DNA of 43,501 nucleotides, from the IMG/VR virus record IMGVR_UViG_2547132420_000011; one strand, written 5' to 3'. How positions within the stretch are numbered: the stretch's first letter is position 1; each line of letters begins with the position of its first letter. This document shows positions 17,163 to 25,350 of the stretch, one piece after another. A program made the translations under genes and the position numbers. The notes under the pieces were generated by a model. That model worked only from the letters and a program-made list of their open reading frames with translations, was not told the origin of the DNA and searched no databases. The DNA comes from a virus. Its lineage: Duplodnaviria; Heunggongvirae; Uroviricota; Caudoviricetes.

Positions 17163-17951
17163 TATAAATGCGTGTTTTTGATGGTTATGTCAAGCTGTTA
17201 TGAAACACATAATTGATATGTTGATTAGAGGAGAAGATATAATAAATATGGTTGTTTTTCGTATAACTATTTGTTTTACTTTTAGTTTATGCATTCTGTG
17301 TGTTAGGAATAAGTTATTAAAGTTTAATCAAAAAATCTCGATGTAGTCCACATAGATTATTGTTACTGAACCTTATTGTGTGTATTAGTTGTGTTCTGAA
17401 ATTTCAGCTTAATTATTTATGATGTATTTTTTAACGATAAATATTTTCCCAGGATACCTTTACTGTGTATATAAATAAATTATATACACATAAATAATGT
17501 AAAGGCGTCCTTTTAGATATATCTTATCAAATGTTAATGACTTGAGTGGGAAATATGATTCCAGCAACTTATCATGTGGCTACTTTATAAAAATAATGCC
17601 CATATAAAACAACAAGCGAAAAGGATTACGGATAAAAAAGGAGCGAGATGTGCGAACTTGTTATTTTCCATGTTTAACCACCTTAAATAATTGATGATGA
17701 CGGGATGATTGCATCTGTAATGCTTTTATTGAAATGTTATGATAAAAAAGAACTTTTGCATAACATTAAAATGTAATTTATCTAATCGTTTTTAATAATA
17801 AATGTCGTATTTCTATCCTTGTACCAGCTATTTGATATGTAGTGTTTGTTCATGCTATGTGGGGCTTTACACCATAGCCAGTTTATTTATACTTTATTCG
17901 TCAGCCTGAACAACTGGCATCTGCTGCGCTGCGCCATCGAGAGATTGAGAA

Positions 17952-18551
17952 ATGGCGCATATACAACTGGTCAAACAAACTTCTTCTGGTTTACTTCTCC
18001 CGGCGACGCCGGAGAGTTGCGATTTTCTGCATCAAATCAAAATAGGTGAGTGGATACACGCAGACTTTAAGCGTGTGCGTAACTACGCATTCCACAAGCG
18101 TTTTTTCAAACTCCTGCAACTGGGATTCGATTACTGGACTCCGGTCGGTGGGGCGATCACGCCTCGCGAACGAGAACTGCTGTCTGGTTTCGTTGATTAC
18201 CTGTGCGAATCAGTTGGTCGGGAACACACGCCAGCCCTGAGTGATGCCGCAGAGCAATACCTTAACACCGTTGCGACTCGTAGAACCCGGGATACGGCGT
18301 TGCTAAAGTCGTTTGAGGCTTTCCGCGAGTGGGTAACCATTCAGGCCGGATTTTACACCGAGCATATTTATCCGGACGGTAGCCGTGGGCGTCGGGCAAA
18401 ATCCATCGCTTTTGCGAATATGGACGAAGTCGAGTTTCAGCAGGTTTATAAATCTGTACTGAATGTGCTGTGGAACTGGATTCTGTTTCGTAAATTCTCC
18501 TCTCAGGAGGAAGTTGAAAATGTGGCCGCACAACTACTGGAGTTTGCGTAA
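17952..18551 (+). CDS. Phage nin-region protein, DUF1367-like
   Basis: 199 aa; first phage-like gene after the AT-rich gap; stop overlaps the next gene start (TAATG). Confidence 0.7.
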   Translation: MAHIQLVKQTSSGLLLPATPESCDFLHQIKIGEWIHADFKRVRNYAFHKRFFKLLQLGFDYWTPVGGAITPRERELLSGFVDYLCESVGREHTPALSDAAEQYLNTVATRRTRDTALLKSFEAFREWVTIQAGFYTEHIYPDGSRGRRAKSIAFANMDEVEFQQVYKSVLNVLWNWILFRKFSSQEEVENVAAQLLEFA

Positions 18552-18841
18552 TGGTGAATTTACGTAAAGCGGCTAAAGGCCAGATGTGCCAGATCAGAAT
18601 CCCTGGCTACTGCAATCACAATCCCGAAACCTCTGTGCTGGCGCATTACAGGCTGGCGGGGACGTGCGGAACAGCGACAAAACCACACGATATGCAGGCG
18701 GCGATAGCCTGTAGCTCATGCCACGATCTAATCGACGGGCGGGTAAAAACCAGCGATTACACCAAAGAAGAATTGCGCCTGATGCATGCTGAAGGGGTTT
18801 TTCGCACACAAGAAATCTGGAGAAAGAAAGGTCATTTATGA
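18551..18841 (+). CDS. ybcO: YbcO-like protein (DUF1364, putative nuclease with Cys/His metal site)
   Basis: 96 aa; motifs CQIRIPGYCNHNPETSVLAH and ACSSCHD resemble DLP12 YbcO (from memory); translationally coupled to flanking genes. Confidence 0.7.
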   Translation: MVNLRKAAKGQMCQIRIPGYCNHNPETSVLAHYRLAGTCGTATKPHDMQAAIACSSCHDLIDGRVKTSDYTKEELRLMHAEGVFRTQEIWRKKGHL

Positions 18842-19380
18842 TTTACCCAACGAATACAGGAAAAAGCGGAGAACACCTTCGCCTCACCACGCTGGAAAGT
18901 GTCTGGATTCAGGGAAAACTACGTATGTGGGGGCGCTGGTCGTATATTGGCGGTGGCAGGTCAGGGAATATGTTCAATCAGTTGTTGGCATCCAAAAAAC
19001 TGACGAAAACAGCCATTAATGAAGCCCTGCGTAGAATGAAAAAAGCGGGAATAGAGAAAGCTGAGCTGGAAGCGTTTTTGCGAGAGATGATCAACGGCAA
19101 GCAAAAGAGCTGGCTGGCGCATTGTACTGATGCAGAGGCGTTATGTATTGATCGAGTCATAAGTGAGGTGCTGGCAGAGCATCCAGGATTGATTTGCATT
19201 CTCCGGCAACGCTATGAAGGGCGGGGGATGACTAAGCGCAAAATGGCTGAATTGCTAAATGATGGACACCCAGAGTGGTGTTTTAGCACATGCGAAAAAC
19301 GGATTGCTAATTGGTTAGCTGTTGCTGAGTATGCCCTATATATTCCCATGCGTGAATCATTTGCTGAGAAAATGGCTTGA
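18838..19380 (+). CDS. Putative late-gene antiterminator (Q-like), called by position
   Basis: 180 aa; last nin-region gene, followed 80 nt downstream by a strong intrinsic terminator and then the late/lysis genes. Confidence 0.55.
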   Translation: MIYPTNTGKSGEHLRLTTLESVWIQGKLRMWGRWSYIGGGRSGNMFNQLLASKKLTKTAINEALRRMKKAGIEKAELEAFLREMINGKQKSWLAHCTDAEALCIDRVISEVLAEHPGLICILRQRYEGRGMTKRKMAELLNDGHPEWCFSTCEKRIANWLAVAEYALYIPMRESFAEKMA

Positions 19381-19460
19381 TTTCTTACGTATAAACTGCT
19401 TCAATTTTGCTATGCTTCGCACAGCTGTATCGCGAGGCGGATTGCAGACATGGACATCGT

Positions 19461-19487
19461 AAAAAAACCGCTTAATGCGGTTTTTTT
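19461..19487 (+). terminator. tR'-like intrinsic terminator downstream of Q-like gene
   Basis: A7 (19461-19467), short GC stem CCGC/GCGG around loop, then T7 (19481-19487); symmetric A-run/T-run suggests bidirectional function. Confidence 0.55.
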
Positions 19488-19807
19488 ACGTCAGGAAAGC
19501 AGGGGAGAATGCTGCTAGTTGGGCAACTGGTCTTTCTGCTCCAAATTATAACAGAGACCAGTTATAGTTTCGGTGCTGTGTTTTTTTTACAATATTGTGA
19601 TAACACATTGCTGGCGGGAGTTTTGATATTTCTTGGCAGGGGCTGATGATGCGTTATCCTGATGTCGTCAACTCATATAAAATGAGATGAGAGATCATTG
19701 CAGGGTGGTTTGTAATTCGCTGTTTAGCGGGACAATATGTTGTCTGATACAAGACACCCGACGCCTCAGATTACTATAATAAAGACGAAGCATCCTTTGT
19801 ATTGACC

Positions 19808-19833
19808 AACCGCCTGTTTAGGCGGTTCTTTTT
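19808..19833 (+). terminator. Rho-independent terminator
   Basis: Stem AACCGCC (19808-19814), loop TGTTTA, stem GGCGGTT (19821-19827), then CTTTTT. Confidence 0.5.
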
Positions 19834-20423
19834 GGACTGGTTTATTGTATGCCAAATGATTATTAAAAAGGTTGTGTTAATAACAAAATCCGAAATAATA
19901 TGCCTGCATATTTTTATCTTGCTTATATTCTGCATATTGTGCATAGCAGGCTCATCCCTGCAATCAAAACTGTATGATGAGTATTTTTTTTTTCCTTTTT
20001 TCCAGTCATCTGATGATGACCTGCTTCTTTTTAATCCGGATCGACATCAGTTTTTTAAGATAATTCCTGCGAGTTATATGCATAAATACCACAAACTCCG
20101 CATTTTATGTGGTTGGGAGTTGCCGGGCGCGCAGTGAGTTTGCTAAGAAAACTCCTGCATGGTGAATCCCCCTGTGCGGTGGGGTGATACCATTAACCTT
20201 TTCTGTCGCCGACAGGTATCACGAACATTTTGTTCACCGGGAGGCACCCGGCACCATGCACTTCAATAGATTCTCTCCACATTATGGATATTCTTTCAGA
20301 ATATCCCACGCAGACTTTGTGTAAATGTTAACAAATGTGCGTTTTATTTGATCTGATTCGCTGTTTGAGCGTCCAAAACAACGGTATATATAATCCTTTA
20401 CTATATGACATATGTGAGGAAAA

Positions 20424-20852
20424 ATGGGTTTTCGTAGCGCATCAATTCTTACGTTGATTATTAGTGGGATTATTATCGGGTGCACTGATGCTGTATCGAC
20501 AAATTATCATGACCGTACATCATATTACTCCGATAAAGCAATAGAGACACAGTATGTGAGTTCATCTGAACGTACTTCTGATGTTAGTGAGGATATCCGT
20601 CTGTATGCCCATCAAATCAAGAGCGCCATCGAAAAACAGTTCGGGGATGCGAGTAAGTATTCAGGAAAAGAGTGTACACTGAGAATGCATATGGCCCCGA
20701 ATGGCCTTCTACTGGAGGTTAAAAGAGAAAGTGGAGACCTCGATTTATGTCGTGAAGCGATGAATGCGATAAAGAATGCTGATATACCTGCCCCCCCTTC
20801 GCCGGAAGTATATAAAGTATTTCAAAATGGGGTGCTGGATTTTAAACCCTGA
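20424..20852 (+). CDS. Lipoprotein with TolA C-terminal (domain III)-like domain, moron
   Basis: 142 aa; signal peptide and lipobox IIGC; C-terminal segment IRLYAHQIKSAIEKQFGDASKYSGKECTLRMHMAPNGLLLEVKRESGDLDLCREAMNAIKNADIPAPPSPEVYKVFQNGVLDFKP resembles E. coli TolA C-terminus from memory; GAGG upstream. Confidence 0.7.
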   Translation: MGFRSASILTLIISGIIIGCTDAVSTNYHDRTSYYSDKAIETQYVSSSERTSDVSEDIRLYAHQIKSAIEKQFGDASKYSGKECTLRMHMAPNGLLLEVKRESGDLDLCREAMNAIKNADIPAPPSPEVYKVFQNGVLDFKP

Positions 20853-21002
20853 TATTTATTGTTTTGTAATAAACGGTTTCGGCTTAGGTTTGTTCTGACA
20901 CAGCTACGGCACTGAGCTAAATTTAGCGGATAGTCAGCTCTGAGCCAGTGGCGGACGTAACAACTACTATTGCTGAGATTTTAATGGATTGAGGAGCAAG
21001 AA

Positions 21003-21398
21003 GTGGGATTAAAGAAAATCGTTATGTTGACTTTTTGGGTCGGTTTTGTTGCGGGATGCACACCTTTACACCCTTCAGATTGCCACAAAACTACTGCTAC
21101 AGGTAGTTGCAGTTCAGGACGCTGGGATGATCAGGATGAATGGGGGGCGCAAGCGCGGGGAATCAGAGCTGCAATTAATGCCAAACTTGATGAGCCGCAT
21201 AACTGGAAAGGGAAAAAATGCAGGTTGCATATGGAATTCTCTCAGGATGGCACGGCGTTAAAAATATCTACCAGTAACGGTGATAAAGCCTATTGCGAAG
21301 CGATAAAGTCCGCAGCTCATAAAGCCAAATTTCCGGCCTTCAACAATCCGGAAGTCTACAGAGATTTTCAGAAATCTGGCTTTGACATGCGAGGTTAG
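21003..21398 (+). CDS. Lipoprotein paralog with divergent TolA-III-like C-terminal domain
   Basis: 131 aa; GTG start preceded by GAGGAG; lipobox VAGC; shares motifs with the neighbouring lipoprotein (GKKCRLHMEF..DGTALKI, two Cys, PEVYRDFQ). Confidence 0.65.
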   Translation: MGLKKIVMLTFWVGFVAGCTPLHPSDCHKTTATGSCSSGRWDDQDEWGAQARGIRAAINAKLDEPHNWKGKKCRLHMEFSQDGTALKISTSNGDKAYCEAIKSAAHKAKFPAFNNPEVYRDFQKSGFDMRG

Positions 21399-21523
21399 CT
21401 CTTCAATTACTATATCTCATTCATAGCAAACTGACAGATTTGATGATGTTCTATATACGAAACCTGTGATGTCAAGTCTGAGCTAATACAAATAAACATA
21501 ATATCAGAGAAATACATTTTATT

Positions 21524-21545
21524 AGCTCGCTACGGCGAGCTTTTT
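21524..21545 (+). terminator. Rho-independent terminator after lipoprotein moron pair
   Basis: Stem AGCTCGC (21524-21530), loop TACG, stem GCGAGCT (21535-21541), T-run to 21545. Confidence 0.6.
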
Positions 21546-21649
21546 ATATTGCATCGTCTCCAGCATATATATCAATTAAGGCTCTGATTGATGTGTCTGA
21601 AAGCCTACACATAATAACTATGCCATCCGTTCCGTGCGGAGGTGAGGCT

Positions 21650-21865
21650 ATGAAATCCATGGACAAAATTTCAACAGGCATTGCCTACGGCACCTCCGCA
21701 GGCAGTGCTGGCTACTGGTTTTTACAGTTGCTCGATAGAGTAACTCCGTCACAGTGGGCTGCAATCGGTGTGCTGGGTAGTCTGGTATTTGGCCTGCTGA
21801 CGTACCTGACAAACCTTTATTTCAAGATTAAAGAAGATAAGCGCAAGGCTGCGAGAGGTGAATAA
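21650..21865 (+). CDS. S: Holin, phage 21 S-like pinholin with dual start
   Basis: ORF 21593..21865; ATG at 21650 preceded by GGAGGTGAGG; [26 protein letters not shown]... matches S21 from memory; second in-frame ATG at 21659; 71 aa. Confidence 0.85.
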   Translation: MKSMDKISTGIAYGTSAGSAGYWFLQLLDRVTPSQWAAIGVLGSLVFGLLTYLTNLYFKIKEDKRKAARGE

Positions 21866-22362
21866 TGCCTCCATCATTACGAAAAGTCGTTGCTGCTGCT
21901 ATTGGTGGCGGAGCAATTGCTATAGCATCAGTGTTAATCACTGGCCCAAGTGGTAACGATGGTCTGGAAGGTGTCAGCTACATACCATACAAAGATATTG
22001 TTGGTGTATGGACTGTATGTCACGGGCATACAGGAAAAGACATCATGCTCGGTAAAACGTATACCAAAGCAGAATGCAAAACACTCTTGAATAAAGACCT
22101 TGCCACGGTCGCCAGACAAATTAACCCGTACATCAAAGTCGATATACCGGAAACAACGCGCGGCGCTCTTTACTCATTCGTTTACAACGTGGGTGCTGGC
22201 AATTTCAGAACATCGACGCTTCTTCGCAAAATAAACCAGGGCGATATCAAAGGCGCATGTGATCAGCTACGTCGCTGGACATATGCTGGCGGTAAGCAAT
22301 GGAAAGGTCTCATGACTCGTCGTGAGATTGAGCGTGAAATCTGTTTGTGGGGTCAGCAATGA
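21865..22362 (+). CDS. R: SAR endolysin (lysozyme, phage 21 R-like)
   Basis: 165 aa; N-terminal Gly/Ala-rich signal-arrest-release segment [20 protein letters not shown] followed by lysozyme-like domain; start overlaps holin stop (TAATG). Confidence 0.85.
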   Translation: MPPSLRKVVAAAIGGGAIAIASVLITGPSGNDGLEGVSYIPYKDIVGVWTVCHGHTGKDIMLGKTYTKAECKTLLNKDLATVARQINPYIKVDIPETTRGALYSFVYNVGAGNFRTSTLLRKINQGDIKGACDQLRRWTYAGGKQWKGLMTRREIEREICLWGQQ

Positions 22363-22823
22363 ACAGAGTAACCGCGATTATCTCCGCTCTGGTTATCTGC
22401 ATCGTCGTCTGCCTGTCATGGGGTGTTAATCATTACCGTGATAACGCCATCGCCTACAAAGAACAGCGCGACAAAAATGCCAGAGAACTGAAGCTGGCGA
22501 ACGCGGCAATTACTGACATGCAGATGCGTCAGCGTGATGTTGCTGCGCTCGATGCAAAATACACGAAGGAGTTAGCTGATGCGAAAGCTGAAAATGATGT
22601 TCTGCGTGATGATGTTGCCGCTGGTCGTCGTCGGTTGCACATCAAAGCAGTCTGTCAGTCAGTGCGTGAAGCCACCACCGCCTCCGGCGTGGATAATGCA
22701 GCCTCCCCCCGACTGGCAGACACCGCTGAACGGGATTATTTCACCCTCCGGGAACGACTGGTAATGATGCAGGCCCAACTTGAAGGTGCTCAGCAATACA
22801 TAACCGAGCAGTGTTTAAAGTAA
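22359..22823 (+). CDS. Rz: i-spanin Rz
   Basis: ORF 22347..22823; ATG at 22359 overlaps the endolysin stop; N-terminal TM segment then coiled-coil-rich periplasmic domain. Confidence 0.8.
   Translation: MNRVTAIISALVICIVVCLSWGVNHYRDNAIAYKEQRDKNARELKLANAAITDMQMRQRDVAALDAKYTKELADAKAENDVLRDDVAAGRRRLHIKAVCQSVREATTASGVDNAASPRLADTAERDYFTLRERLVMMQAQLEGAQQYITEQCLK
22579..22764 (+). CDS. Rz1: o-spanin Rz1 (lipoprotein embedded in Rz in the +1 frame)
   Basis: 61 aa; signal peptide with lipobox VVGC; Pro-rich mature part ([15 protein letters not shown]); entirely within Rz; AGGAG upstream. Confidence 0.75.
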   Translation: MRKLKMMFCVMMLPLVVVGCTSKQSVSQCVKPPPPPAWIMQPPPDWQTPLNGIISPSGNDW

Positions 22824-22960
22824 AATCTTAACTACAATATGATTCATTTTGATGATTGTTTCATAAGAAACAGTGAAGTAAGATCTAAGAGGAGTTAAAT
22901 TTTATACAGTATAATCATAATATTGCAGCAAGGTGGTTATAATTGAAAGAATATTTAGAT

Positions 22961-24418
22961 ATGAATACATCTCATGTAAGAGTTGTTACTCATATGTGTG
23001 GGTTCCTGGTTTGGCTCTATAGTCTTTCAATGTTGCCACCAATGGTTGTAGCATTGTTTTATAAAGAAAAAAGCCTGTTCGTTTTCTTTATAACTTTCGT
23101 TATATTTTTTTGCATTGGTGGCGGAGCGTGGTATACAACTAAGAAATCTGGCATTCAATTACGTACCCGTGATGGGTTTATTATAATTGTAATGTTTTGG
23201 ATTTTGTTTTCTGTTATTAGTGCATTCCCTTTATGGATTGACTCAGAACTTAATTTAACGTTCATTGATGCTCTGTTTGAAGGGGTTTCTGGAATAACAA
23301 CAACAGGAGCAACTGTAATTGATGATGTTAGTTCATTACCTCGGGCATATTTGTACTATCGGTCACAGTTAAATTTTATAGGTGGTTTAGGAGTTATTGT
23401 TCTGGCGGTTGCTGTATTGCCATTATTGGGTATTGGTGGTGCAAAGCTTTATCAGTCAGAAATGCCGGGGCCATTTAAGGATGACAAACTCACTCCCCGC
23501 CTGGCCGATACGTCACGGACACTGTGGATAACTTATTCTTTATTAGGTATTGCTTGTATTGTCTGTTATAGACTTGCAGGAATGCCTTTGTTTGATGCTA
23601 TTTGTCACGGGATTTCCACAGTTTCGCTTGGTGGTTTCTCAACTCATAGCGAGAGTATCGGATATTTTAATAACTATTTGGTTGAGCTGGTGGCTGGTTC
23701 TTTTTCCCTGCTATCGGCTTTCAACTTCACTCTTTGGTATATTGTTATTAGCAGGAAAACGATAAAACCTTTAATCAGAGATATTGAACTTCGTTTCTTT
23801 CTGTTAATAGCCTTAGGGGTGATCATTGTTACCTCTTTCCAGGTCTGGCATATAGGTATGTATGACTTGCATGGAAGTTTTATTCATTCGTTTTTTCTTG
23901 CCAGCTCCATGCTCACTGATAATGGTTTAGCTACGCAGGATTATGCAAGTTGGCCCACGCACACGATAGTGTTTTTGCTGTTGTCAAGTTTCTTTGGGGG
24001 ATGTATAGGTTCAACTTGTGGTGGAATTAAGTCACTTCGATTTCTTATACTTTTCAAACAAAGCAAACACGAGATAAATCAGCTTTCTCATCCCAGAGCG
24101 TTGTTGAGTGTAAATGTAGGAGGGAAGATAGTTACAGATCGTGTAATGAGGTCTGTATGGAGTTTCTTTTTTCTTTATACTCTCTTCACGGTGTTTTTTA
24201 TACTGGTGTTAAATGGTATGGGATATGATTTTCTTACATCATTTGCAACAGTGGCTGCATGTATTAATAATATGGGATTAGGTTTTGGGGCTACTGCATC
24301 GTCATTCGGAGTGCTTAATGACATTGCAAAATGTTTAATGTGCATAGCTATGATTCTTGGTCGCCTTGAAATTTATCCTGTTATTATATTGTTTTCAGGT
24401 TTTTTTTGGCGCTCCTAA
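22961..24418 (+). CDS. trkG: Potassium uptake protein TrkG (TrkH/TrkG family)
   Basis: ORF 22943..24418; ATG at 22961 gives 485 aa starting MNTSHVRVVTHMCGFLVWLYSL, matching E. coli Rac-prophage TrkG from memory; AT-rich gene. Confidence 0.9.
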   Translation: MNTSHVRVVTHMCGFLVWLYSLSMLPPMVVALFYKEKSLFVFFITFVIFFCIGGGAWYTTKKSGIQLRTRDGFIIIVMFWILFSVISAFPLWIDSELNLTFIDALFEGVSGITTTGATVIDDVSSLPRAYLYYRSQLNFIGGLGVIVLAVAVLPLLGIGGAKLYQSEMPGPFKDDKLTPRLADTSRTLWITYSLLGIACIVCYRLAGMPLFDAICHGISTVSLGGFSTHSESIGYFNNYLVELVAGSFSLLSAFNFTLWYIVISRKTIKPLIRDIELRFFLLIALGVIIVTSFQVWHIGMYDLHGSFIHSFFLASSMLTDNGLATQDYASWPTHTIVFLLLSSFFGGCIGSTCGGIKSLRFLILFKQSKHEINQLSHPRALLSVNVGGKIVTDRVMRSVWSFFFLYTLFTVFFILVLNGMGYDFLTSFATVAACINNMGLGFGATASSFGVLNDIAKCLMCIAMILGRLEIYPVIILFSGFFWRS

Positions 24419-24555
24419 TATATGGCTGATTTATAATTGTGAGTTTAATATTATGTTGACTCACTCATTGATCCAATACCTAACTTTACCAGCAACCCCT
24501 CCGTCCCCAGTAGCACTGGCTGCTGGGGTGCGTTTTATTCATAAAGCAAGGCTGT

Positions 24556-25350
24556 ATGAGCGAGAAATTAAAGATAGTCTATCGCCCATTACAAGAATTG
24601 TCACCGTATGCGCACAACGCCAGGACGCACAGCCCTGAGCAGGTGGCACAACTGGTAGAAAGTATTAAGCAATTCGGCTGGACTAATCCGGTGCTGATTG
24701 ACGAAAAGGGCGAAATTATTGCGGGTCACGGTCGTGTTATGGCGGCTGAAATGCTCAAAATGGATTCTGTTCCGGTCATTGTTCTGTCTGGCCTGACGGA
24801 TGAGCAGAAAAAGGCGTACCGCCTGGCAGATAATCGCCTGCCGATGAATGCTGGCTGGGATGAAGATCTGTTGCGGATGGAGCTGTCGGACCTAATCAAT
24901 GCTGATTTTGATGTCTCCCTGACAGGCTTCATCCCGACAGAAATTGATGAACTGTTGACGGATGTTTTGCCCGGTACAGGAAATGAGGAGGAGCCGTATA
25001 CGACGAAAATTGATACGCCTGTTTATGAGCCGTCGGGCGGTAAACCGGATATCAGTGAACTGTACGACGATACGAAAACTCAGGAGCTGATCAGCCGGAT
25101 ACGTTCGGCGTCCCTTGATCCTGATATTGAGAAATTCCTCCTGTGTGCGGCAGAACGTCACACAGTGTTTAATTTCAGCAGAATTGCGGACTATTACGCT
25201 CATGCCCCCGCTGAAATTCAGTGCCTTTTCGAGGAGTCGGCGCTGGTGATCATTGATTATCAGCAGGCTATTGAAAATGGATTTGTCCGAATGACGCAGC
25301 GCATGGTGGAGATCATGCATGGCGGGGAGGAGGAGGAGGAATATGCGTGA
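24556..25350 (+). CDS. ParB-like nuclease domain protein (full-length YnaK-like)
   Basis: 264 aa; N-terminal ParB/Srx-like region (VYRPLQELSPYAHNARTHSPEQV ... GHGRVMAA); C-terminus ends GGEEEEEYA encoded by a GGAGGAGGAGGAGGA repeat. Confidence 0.8.
   Translation: MSEKLKIVYRPLQELSPYAHNARTHSPEQVAQLVESIKQFGWTNPVLIDEKGEIIAGHGRVMAAEMLKMDSVPVIVLSGLTDEQKKAYRLADNRLPMNAGWDEDLLRMELSDLINADFDVSLTGFIPTEIDELLTDVLPGTGNEEEPYTTKIDTPVYEPSGGKPDISELYDDTKTQELISRIRSASLDPDIEKFLLCAAERHTVFNFSRIADYYAHAPAEIQCLFEESALVIIDYQQAIENGFVRMTQRMVEIMHGGEEEEEYA

Noticed and set aside
17464-17490. 10-bp perfect palindrome TGTGTATATA / TATATACACA with 7-bp spacer
   Set aside because: Lies in an extremely AT-rich tract where TATA-based palindromes arise readily by chance; no supporting context
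19802-20137. 111-aa TTG-initiated hydrophobic ORF in the AT-rich region after the Q-like gene
   Set aside because: Non-ATG start, no ribosome-binding site, Phe/Ile/Leu-rich composition typical of translating AT-rich non-coding DNA; overlaps a terminator
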